Assembly: GCA_016188355.1 (NCBI GenBank)
Contig: JACPHY010000016.1
Span: 2,345 to 66,344 of the forward strand
Direction of reading: 5' to 3'
Source of the DNA: Candidatus Uhrbacteria bacterium
GTDB taxonomy: Bacteria; Patescibacteriota; Patescibacteriia; JACPHY01
DNA length: 64,000 nucleotides
The notes under the pieces are model-generated. The model was not told where the DNA came from, searched no databases, and saw only the letters and a list, made by a program, of their open reading frames with translations. A program made the translations under genes and the position numbers. This document shows, piece by piece, positions 56,718 through 64,000 of this stretch. Position 1 is the stretch's first letter. Each line of letters begins with the position of its first letter.

Positions 56718-58298
56718 ATGGCGACGCGGCGTCCGAAACCGGTGGTCGTCTGTGTGCTCGATGGGTATGGAGTGGCGCCCGAGAGCACGGGCAACGCGAT
56801 TGCGCACGCGGAGCGTCCGGTGTTCGATCGTTTGATTCGGGCGTACCCCGCCATGACGCTCCACGCATCAGGACTGGAGGTGGGATTGGCGCGGGGAGAA
56901 ATGGGAAATTCGGAGGTCGGGCACCTGAACATCGGCGCGGGCCGCGTGTTCTATCAAAGTCGGCCGCGAATCGACAAGGAGATCCAGCAGGGGTCGTTCC
57001 ATGAGAATCCGGTGTTTCGGAATGCGGTGGCCCATATCCAGAAGCACGGATCAAAGCTCCATATTATGGGGCTCCTCTCTCCTGGTGGCGTGCATAGTCA
57101 TCAGGAGCACTGTTTCGCGTTGTTGGAATTTGCGCAGCGCGCACAAGTGGCGCCGGTGTATCTTCACCTGTTCCTCGATGGACGGGACGCAATTTACAAT
57201 AGCGGCATTGGATTTGTGCGGGAGTTGCTGCGCGTCGCGCAGGAGCGCGGGCGGGGGACCATTGCGACGCTCGCGGGACGCTATTACGCCATGGATCGAG
57301 ACAACCGGTGGGATCGAGTAGAAAAGGCGTACCGCGCGATGGTGGAAGGAGTGGGGATGATGGCGGATGACCCCCTGCATGCCATTGCGGCGAGCTACGA
57401 AATGAAGATGTACGACGAGGAGTTCCTGCCTACGGTATGCACGGCGAGCGGGAAGCCGGTGGCGACCATTGGCGATGGAGACGCGGTGCTCTTCTTCAAC
57501 TTTCGTGCGGACCGCGCGCGACAAATCGCGCAGGCATTCGTGAGCCCGAAGTTTGCGGGCTTCGATCGAAGGAAGCTTCAGAATTTGTTCTTCGGCGCGA
57601 TGATGGAATATGAGCAGGGACTGCCGATGGAGGTGGCCTATCCATCAGAATCCATCCCCACGTGCCTCGCGAAAGTTTGGAGCGAGAAAAAGTTGCAGCA
57701 GCTCCACATTGCCGAGACGGAGAAATACGCACACGTCACCTTCTTCTTCAATGCCATGCGTGAGGAGCCGTATCCTGGTGAGGAGCGCATCCTCATTCCG
57801 TCGCCCAAGGTGGCCACCTATGACCTCCAACCGGAGATGTCCGCACGTATCCTGACGGACCGCGTGATCGCGGAGATCGAGAGCGGGAAATACGATGGTG
57901 TGATCATGAATTACGCGAATCCGGACATGGTGGGGCACACCGGAAAACTGGAAGCCACGATCGAAGCGATTCGTGTGGTCGACGCATGCATCGGGAAATT
58001 GGAGGCAGCGGTCACTGCGGCGGGGGGAATACTGGCAATCACGGCGGACCATGGCAATGCAGAGGAGGTACTCAATTTACAGACAGGAGAAATCGATAAA
58101 GAGCATGCGACGAACCCGGTGCCATTCATTGTCTGTGGGAAATCTCTTGCGGGGCAGGTGAACGAAGAGTTGCGCGATGTGGATTGGAACCTGCACCTGT
58201 TGCCTCCGGTGGGGATGTTGGCCGACGTGGCGCCGACGGTGTTGCAGCTCATGGGAATTCGGCAGCCCGAAGCAATGACCGGTCGAACATTATTATAG
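56718..58298 (+). CDS. gpmI: 2,3-bisphosphoglycerate-independent phosphoglycerate mutase
   Basis: MGNSEVGH, GGVHSH, GRYYAMDRD, AETEKYAHVT, DMVGHTG, TADHGN. Confidence 0.97.
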   Translation: MATRRPKPVVVCVLDGYGVAPESTGNAIAHAERPVFDRLIRAYPAMTLHASGLEVGLARGEMGNSEVGHLNIGAGRVFYQSRPRIDKEIQQGSFHENPVFRNAVAHIQKHGSKLHIMGLLSPGGVHSHQEHCFALLEFAQRAQVAPVYLHLFLDGRDAIYNSGIGFVRELLRVAQERGRGTIATLAGRYYAMDRDNRWDRVEKAYRAMVEGVGMMADDPLHAIAASYEMKMYDEEFLPTVCTASGKPVATIGDGDAVLFFNFRADRARQIAQAFVSPKFAGFDRRKLQNLFFGAMMEYEQGLPMEVAYPSESIPTCLAKVWSEKKLQQLHIAETEKYAHVTFFFNAMREEPYPGEERILIPSPKVATYDLQPEMSARILTDRVIAEIESGKYDGVIMNYANPDMVGHTGKLEATIEAIRVVDACIGKLEAAVTAAGGILAITADHGNAEEVLNLQTGEIDKEHATNPVPFIVCGKSLAGQVNEELRDVDWNLHLLPPVGMLADVAPTVLQLMGIRQPEAMTGRTLL

Positions 58299-58300
58299 GT

Positions 58301-58582
58301 ATGGTGCATTTTTTGAAACGTTGGTTGCGGGGATCGCGCGCGGCGTCTGCTCCCGCGCGCGCGCAGCATTCCGGTATCGATCAGGAGCACCTCCAGCTGC
58401 GGCGCGCGATCGAACGCTGCGATAGCTTAAAATTTGCGGTGATCGCAAAGCAGATGTCGATTTTGGATGTCGTGGAGAAACTCCAGAGCAATAATTTCAC
58501 TGCCCCGATTATTCGACAGGCAATTGCGGAGAGTTTCGGAGAGGCTGCAGCAAAGAAGTACTGCGGCGCGGCACAGGCTTGA
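58301..58582 (+). CDS. Small hypothetical protein
   Basis: Starts 2 nt after the gpmI stop; helical. Confidence 0.55.
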   Translation: MVHFLKRWLRGSRAASAPARAQHSGIDQEHLQLRRAIERCDSLKFAVIAKQMSILDVVEKLQSNNFTAPIIRQAIAESFGEAAAKKYCGAAQA

Positions 58583-58941
58583 CGGAGCGACGATTCCTTG
58601 ATACGGTGCGGGTGCTCTGGAGTCTTCGGAGCGGGAGGTTCTGCATGCGTCACTGGATTGCATATCTTCGACGAACGGATTGGCGGCGGACGCTGCCGGA
58701 AGTGCTCCCCGCGCTGCGGGTGATGACGGCGACCGTGTTCCGTGGTCGGAATGCCGTGGTCGTCGTGGCGACGCTGCTTTTCGCGGGGCTGCTGACGTTG
58801 CTCGGATTCTCGACCCATTGGGCGGTTGGTGTGCTTGCGCTGTGGGCCTGGGCTGCTGCATTTGCCATGGCGTACCTCATGGAGCGCGCACGTGCGGTAC
58901 ACGCGCGCCGATTGGTCCCGGTTGCGGTACGACGCGGGTAG
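58579..58941 (+). CDS. Small hypothetical two-TM protein
   Basis: Hydrophobic hairpin; overlaps the previous stop. Confidence 0.45.
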   Translation: MTERRFLDTVRVLWSLRSGRFCMRHWIAYLRRTDWRRTLPEVLPALRVMTATVFRGRNAVVVVATLLFAGLLTLLGFSTHWAVGVLALWAWAAAFAMAYLMERARAVHARRLVPVAVRRG

Positions 58942-58945
58942 ATCG

Positions 58946-59203
58946 GTGCCCCGAAAAACCATCCACCGTGGGGATGTGGGAACCATCAAGCATCGAAAGC
59001 TCGTGGTGCAATTGCGGCGAGAAGATGAGGCTGCCATCGCAGCGGTGCGACGGCGATTTGGGATTTCGAGTGACACCGCCGCACTGCGATCAGGGCTTCA
59101 GCTGCTCCGGGTTCTGGGTGAATACCACGAAGGGGACGGTCCGGTGCTTTCGGTGACGGTCATGCACTGCGGTAAACCGAAAACGTTTGACTACGCGACA
59201 TAA
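58946..59203 (+). CDS. Small ribbon-helix-helix-like protein
   Basis: KLVVQL strand, EDEAAIAAVRRRFG helix, ISSDTAALRSGL helix; followed by a hairpin/T-tract. Confidence 0.45.
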   Translation: MPRKTIHRGDVGTIKHRKLVVQLRREDEAAIAAVRRRFGISSDTAALRSGLQLLRVLGEYHEGDGPVLSVTVMHCGKPKTFDYAT

Positions 59204-59267
59204 TGCACATCGCCTCGGGCTGCGGTCAGCGGCTCGAGGTTTTCTGTTACGCTGCTAATGATCATGT

Positions 59268-60488
59268 ATGTGCCCCGTCATTATCCTCCATTATCACGAA
59301 ATCGCCTTGAAAGGCCGCAACCGCGATCAGTTTGAACGACAACTCGTCGCGAATGTGCGACGAGGAATTGGCGGCGGGGAGGCGGTGGAGGTACGACGCA
59401 TGTCGGGACGCATTGCGGTGCGATGGATGGAGGATGTATCGGTTGCCCGGCTTCGGGATATGGCGGCGAAACTGCGACGGGTATTTGGTATTGCAAACCT
59501 GCGTTTGGGATATGAGGTCCGTTCGGACCGGGAGGGGCTCGCAGAAGAGACCGTACGCGTCGTCCGCATGCATCTCGCTGCGTATCCAGTGGACTCGCAG
59601 CCGAAAACGTTTGCGGTGCGAGCGAAACGATCTACCAAGATGTATCCGGAGCATTCTACGGAGATCGAACGACGCATTGGAGCTGCGGTGCAGGTGGCAA
59701 CCGGCCTGCGGGTGCATCTCGATGCGCCGGATTGTTTGGTGTCTCTTGAAATAGTGGAGCGCACTGCATTTGTCTTATTGGAGAAGATTCCAGGAGTAGG
59801 AGGGTTGCCGGTGGGTTCGTCGGATCGGGTACTCACCCTGCTTTCCAGTGGATTCGATTCTCCGGTTGCCGCATGGAAGCTCCTGCGGCGTGGTTGTGTG
59901 GTCGATAGCATTCATTTCCATAGCTACCCTTATACATCGGATGCGTCCATACGGAATGTGGAGGACATCGTGCAGCGCCTCGTCGAGTGGGGTGGATCCG
60001 GTGTACTGCATGCGGTGCCGCTTGCGGAGTTTCAGAAATCGGTCCTCATGAGCGCGCCCACAGAGCTTCGTGTGGTGCTCTATCGACGCATGATGGTGCG
60101 CGTCGCAGAGGCAGTGGCACGGCAAACACGTGCATGGGCGCTGGTCACCGGGGAGAGTGTGGGGCAGGTGGCATCGCAGACGTTGCCGAATATTGCTGCC
60201 GTAGACACGGTGGCGACCATGCCGATTTTACGCCCCCTCATTGGAGAGGACAAGCAAGATATTATTGATCGTGCATCGGTGATTGGGACTGCGGAAATTT
60301 CTGCGCGGCCATACGATGACTGCTGCTCGCTTTTCACCCCGGAGCACCCCACCACGCACGCCCGCATCCAGGAGTGCGAAGATGCCGAGCGAGCGCTGCG
60401 CGTGACTGATTGGATTCCGCGACTGCTCGCGCAGACGACCAGTCGTTGCTTTGTGGGGGGTGGAATTTGGAAGAATGTGATACGCTGA
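59268..60488 (+). CDS. thiI: tRNA 4-thiouridine synthase ThiI (THUMP + PP-loop, no rhodanese)
   Basis: EIALKGRNR, GGLPVG, LLSSGFDSPVA, TGESVGQVASQT, RPL, DCC. Confidence 0.93.
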   Translation: MCPVIILHYHEIALKGRNRDQFERQLVANVRRGIGGGEAVEVRRMSGRIAVRWMEDVSVARLRDMAAKLRRVFGIANLRLGYEVRSDREGLAEETVRVVRMHLAAYPVDSQPKTFAVRAKRSTKMYPEHSTEIERRIGAAVQVATGLRVHLDAPDCLVSLEIVERTAFVLLEKIPGVGGLPVGSSDRVLTLLSSGFDSPVAAWKLLRRGCVVDSIHFHSYPYTSDASIRNVEDIVQRLVEWGGSGVLHAVPLAEFQKSVLMSAPTELRVVLYRRMMVRVAEAVARQTRAWALVTGESVGQVASQTLPNIAAVDTVATMPILRPLIGEDKQDIIDRASVIGTAEISARPYDDCCSLFTPEHPTTHARIQECEDAERALRVTDWIPRLLAQTTSRCFVGGGIWKNVIR

Positions 60489-60494
60489 ACGCCT

Positions 60495-61466
60495 ATGATG
60501 GATGCCGCAATTCGTGCGTTTCCGAATCAATTTTTGTATCAGCCGCAGGTCGGAAACGAAGATCGGCTGGATCGTCGCTCGGGAGTGATTGTGGCCGGTA
60601 TGGGCGGATCGGCGCTCGCACCGGAACTGTTACGTTTGCGACGACCGGAACTCGATTTATTGGCACACCGTAATTATGGTCTTCCGCACATGGTTTCCGG
60701 GCGGGAATCGCAGTACTGGTGTATTGCCTCCTCCTATTCCGGGAATACCGAAGAGACTCTGGATGCCCTGCAGCGCGCGGAGGAAATGCAGATGCCGATC
60801 GCGGTGATCGCAGTAGGTGGCGTGCTCCTCGATCGTGCGATCGCAGAGCATATTCCCTATGTGCAGTTACCCGACACCGGCATTCAGCCGCGCTCAGCAC
60901 TCGGGTTGAGCACCATTGCGCTGGTGACCTTGCTGGGAGACCGAGTGGTGTGCGATGAGCTCCATCAGCTTCCGACGCAGCTCCGTGTGGAGCAGGCAGA
61001 AGCAGACGGACGCGCACTGGCGATGCGCCTTCGCGGCAAGATCCCGATCATCATCTCTTCGCAGGACAATGCTCCGGTGGGGTATAACTGGAAAATCAAG
61101 TGCAATGAGACCGGGAAAATACCGGCATTTGCGAGCGTCCTTCCGGAGTTGAATCACAACGAGATGACGGGTTTTGATGCGATGACGGCGACCCGTGGAT
61201 TGGTGGAGTCGTTTGTCGCGGTCTTTCTCCAAGATGTGACAGATCACCCGCGCGTGCGTCGCCGCATGGAGGTGTGTGCGGATTTATATGCGGAGCGGGG
61301 GATGGGAGTGGAGCGGGTCGAGATGCAGGGCGCATCGCTGTGGCAGCGCGTCTTCCAGTCATTGCTGCTGGCGGATTGGACTGCCTTCGCGATTGCGGAA
61401 GCGAATGGCGCAGAGGCTGAACAGGTTCCGATGGTCGAGGACTTCAAGCGGCGGATTCGTGATTGA
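60495..61466 (+). CDS. Bifunctional phosphoglucose/phosphomannose isomerase (SIS family)
   Basis: GMGGSA, SSYSGNTEETL, QPR.ALG, NETGK, PELNHNE. Confidence 0.9.
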   Translation: MMDAAIRAFPNQFLYQPQVGNEDRLDRRSGVIVAGMGGSALAPELLRLRRPELDLLAHRNYGLPHMVSGRESQYWCIASSYSGNTEETLDALQRAEEMQMPIAVIAVGGVLLDRAIAEHIPYVQLPDTGIQPRSALGLSTIALVTLLGDRVVCDELHQLPTQLRVEQAEADGRALAMRLRGKIPIIISSQDNAPVGYNWKIKCNETGKIPAFASVLPELNHNEMTGFDAMTATRGLVESFVAVFLQDVTDHPRVRRRMEVCADLYAERGMGVERVEMQGASLWQRVFQSLLLADWTAFAIAEANGAEAEQVPMVEDFKRRIRD

Positions 61467-61475
61467 ATACAATCT

Positions 61476-62027
61476 GTGTTCATTCAAGAACTTCGCGCGT
61501 TCGATCGACAGCTGACCCTTGCGATACATGGTCTTGCGGGTCACTGGGCGATATTGGACGGTATTGGTTGGATATTGGCGGTGCTCCTGATCTGGGTTCT
61601 GATCGGCGGGGTTGCGTACTGCGTGCACCGGCAGTCTCCGGAGCAGCGCAGGCGATTGCTTGGGGAGATTGGCGCGACATTGGTGATTGCATGGAGCTGT
61701 AATCAGGTGATTGGCGTGTTGGCATTCCGGGAGCGACCATTCGTCCGGGGAAGTACGCAGCAGCGCATTACGATGGATGCTCGATTGAAGTCATTTCCAT
61801 CCGACCACGCGGCGCTCGCCATGGCGCTCGTGCTGCCGATTTTGCCGTACGTGCGTCGGCGCTCCCTGCGTGCAATGCTCGTGGTTGCGGCAATGGGGGT
61901 GGCAGTGGGACGAGTATATGTGGGAGTACACTACGTGACTGATATTTTGGCGGGTATGGTGGTGGCGATGGGGAGTTGGGGGAGCGTGCGATGGCTCCAA
62001 ACACATTTGCGTCGATGGGATGGATGA
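61476..62027 (+). CDS. PAP2-family phosphatase (undecaprenyl-PP phosphatase-like)
   Basis: R.RPF, SFPSDHA, GRVYVGVHY.TD. Confidence 0.88.
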   Translation: MFIQELRAFDRQLTLAIHGLAGHWAILDGIGWILAVLLIWVLIGGVAYCVHRQSPEQRRRLLGEIGATLVIAWSCNQVIGVLAFRERPFVRGSTQQRITMDARLKSFPSDHAALAMALVLPILPYVRRRSLRAMLVVAAMGVAVGRVYVGVHYVTDILAGMVVAMGSWGSVRWLQTHLRRWDG

Positions 62028-62077
62028 GAAGAGATTGGAAAAGCGCCCCGCTCCATTTCGGAGCGGGGCGCTTTGGT

Positions 62078-62917
62078 TCACGGACTCGGCGCGTATCGGA
62101 CGTATTCGCCGCCGACTTCCCCTACGAGGCGTTTCAGGTTGGCCTCACAGAGATAGTCGCTGCCTTCCGGCAGGCAGGTTGCGATGACCTTCGGGAGGCC
62201 CATGCTCGAGAGGAGCCCGGGCCATTCCCAGTCATCGCCCGGTTCATCGGTCACGAGGACGATGAGGTCCGGGTTCGATTTCGCGGCCTCCTTCAGGGCG
62301 CCGTACGTGTTTTCGAGATTCCCGCCGGTCGATCGGAAGTCCACGAACCCTTCAGGGTCGAGGTGCTGGACTTGGCCATCGCCATACATCCAGATACCGG
62401 TAATCTGTCGTCCGTACTTCCGGAGCGCGGCACTGTAGTAGAGTGCCACGATGCGTTGGTCATTCGCCATGGATCCGGTCGCGTCTACGACGATCGCAAC
62501 CTTCTCACCCTTCGTACGATCAATGACGTCGGCGATGACTGCCGGTGCCTTGCCGATCGGAATGATGAGTTTCCAGCCGGGGAGCAGCGTGTTTGCGTAT
62601 GGCCGCTTGTACCGGTCATTGCAGAACGTGCCCCGGCGTCTGGGGTTGTTCCGGTACCGTGACGACTTTCCGTTGCACACGTTCTCGTACTCGCCCTGGA
62701 GGAACTCCATGTTGGCGAGGAACACGTCCTCCCAGCCCACGTTCGTGTACTGGGGGGCGATGCTGCGGAGGAATTCTCCCTTTCGTACCGTGTGTGTCGC
62801 CTGGATCGGAATGTGGATATCCCGAGGAGCTTCCTCCTCGCTGCACGCGAAGTAGCCCACTGCGAGCAGTACGATCGCGAAGCAGCATCCCGCGATCGCG
62901 AGATTTCGTCGGTTCAT
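62078..62917 (-). CDS. Exported/lipoprotein with LysM-like domain and compact vWA domain
   Basis: Signal ending GYFAC; HTVRKGE.L..IA...N...LLPGWKLIIP; MIDAS VVDATGSM, ENTY, LVTDE; GGGAGG RBS. Confidence 0.7.
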   Translation of the reverse strand: MNRRNLAIAGCCFAIVLLAVGYFACSEEEAPRDIHIPIQATHTVRKGEFLRSIAPQYTNVGWEDVFLANMEFLQGEYENVCNGKSSRYRNNPRRRGTFCNDRYKRPYANTLLPGWKLIIPIGKAPAVIADVIDRTKGEKVAIVVDATGSMANDQRIVALYYSAALRKYGRQITGIWMYGDGQVQHLDPEGFVDFRSTGGNLENTYGALKEAAKSNPDLIVLVTDEPGDDWEWPGLLSSMGLPKVIATCLPEGSDYLCEANLKRLVGEVGGEYVRYAPSP

Positions 62918-63047
62918 GTGGCTCACCTCCCATCCATGTATTTCGAAAGAGTCTGCGCGCAGATTATCACGAAATCACCCGAAAGTCAATAAGGAAATCA
63001 AAAGAACGTGTTACTCGGGTAACACGTTGCAGCGTCCTTCCGTTTGT

Positions 63048-63605
63048 TTACGCGTGGTGGAGTCCCGAGGGGAGCGCATGCCAGAGGCGGAGGTTCGGGG
63101 CTTGTCGTTCGCCGAACATTTGGACAACGACGATAGTAGGGATGCCTGCGAAGTCCCCTGAGGCGATGCCGATCCCTGTATCGGTGTATTGCGTGTTCCA
63201 GAGGTTGCGTCGGTGGTCCGGGCTTTGATCCCATGCGCGCATTAATGGGTCTTCTGCTGTAAAGGCGATTGCGAGATTTTCGGCAACGCGGGAAAACGGA
63301 TACCGTGCATCCTGTGCGGCCGTGGCAAAGCTCGTGCCATTCGGGCGTTCATGGGCAAAGTGTTGTCGGGTAAGGATTTCCTCTGCGCGCTGCTGGGCGG
63401 CAGCGGTGAGAGCGGTGTCCATGTGGAGCGGGGGAGCGCCTGCAGTCGATCGAATACGATTGGTGTCCACTAGGACTGTGTCCGCCCGAATGCCTGCAGA
63501 AACAACAAACCGCGGCATCGCGAGGAGTGCGAGCGCGGCAATGACGGCGAACAGGTGATAGGTGACGGAACGCTCCTGCGAAACGGAGCACGAAGTGACG
63601 GACAT
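63048..63605 (-). CDS. CAP/SCP domain secreted protein
   Basis: TNRIR, LTAAAQ.RA, FAHERP, AENLA, AW.QSP.HR.NL, VVQMFG; start uncertain. Confidence 0.88.
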   Translation of the reverse strand: MSVTSCSVSQERSVTYHLFAVIAALALLAMPRFVVSAGIRADTVLVDTNRIRSTAGAPPLHMDTALTAAAQQRAEEILTRQHFAHERPNGTSFATAAQDARYPFSRVAENLAIAFTAEDPLMRAWDQSPDHRRNLWNTQYTDTGIGIASGDFAGIPTIVVVQMFGERQAPNLRLWHALPSGLHHA

Positions 63606-63814
63606 GCGTTTTTGGGTATTGGTATTGAGATGGAGAACACGTGGGAGCGGGATTTGTGCTCCCACGTGTTCATTGTTGTCCGGCTGGCGTGGTGGCCCGC
63701 TGAAATTCTTGGGGCGCGATACGCTCAGGTCCGGTATCCACAGGAAGGTGCGATTGCTACATTACTCAGTATAGCACGTCAACGGCCGCGCGTCGATGAT
63801 TTTGCAGATTTTCT

Positions 63815-64000
63815 ATGCGCTACGCAGTAATTCTGGCGGGCGGGTCCGGTAAACGTCTCTGGCCGCTTTCTCGGCAATGCGCGCCGAAGCAGGTATGTGC
63901 GCTCCTGGATGCGGAAACACTCCTCCAAAAGACGTACCAGCGCGTGCGGCGTGCATTTCCGGTTCCGGCGGTTTGGGTGGCCACGACCGCTGCGCATGCG
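63815..64000 (+). CDS. manC: Mannose-1-phosphate guanylyltransferase, 5' part only
   Basis: Not in the ORF track. Manual translation: MRYAVILAGGSGKRLWPLSRQCAPKQVCALLDAETLLQKTYQRV. Confidence 0.85.
   Translation, partial: MRYAVILAGGSGKRLWPLSRQCAPKQVCALLDAETLLQKTYQRVRRAFPVPAVWVATTAAHA

Overview
GC-rich bacterial chromosome segment. It is most likely Patescibacteria/CPR (ABY1/Uhrbacteria-like); this is inferred from SD-less 'TATG' starts of core genes, the short EF-Ts, retained rplA and CPR-typical hypotheticals, and was not verified by search. The housekeeping backbone includes dcd (partial, missed by the ORF track), rplA-[insert]-rplK-nusG-secE, gyrB, rodA, rplY, prmC-prfA-rpmE, rpsB-tsf, a gap-ndh-pgk-eno-gpmI glycolysis cluster, thiI, pgi/pmi and manC (partial). 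Accessory blocks whose genes mostly have strong Shine-Dalgarno sites interrupt it: (i) a five-gene ABC system with an SBP-OmpA fusion, (ii) a YqiJ/YqiK-like NfeD-flotillin locus, and (iii) a ~22 kb NAD-centred island (25.0-47.2 kb). The island holds NrtR, NrtX (SPFH), NrtY (NAD-kinase-like), a PP2C / YegI-like kinase / nicotinamidase / vWA operon, a second vWA, TPM + PspA, two paralogous orphans, NAD kinase and a pncB - radical SAM - nadE operon. Four matching GT-N7-AC NrtR-type operators lie at the nrtX and pncB promoters, about 16.5 kb apart. No NadD/NadM adenylyltransferase is visible, and an uncharacterised radical SAM gene sits between pncB and nadE. These are the best candidates for an undescribed system. 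Non-coding finds are L1 and S2 leader motifs, a 162-bp MITE with a 4-bp TSD, a promoter-driven 163-nt rod-shaped RNA candidate and REP-like repeats.
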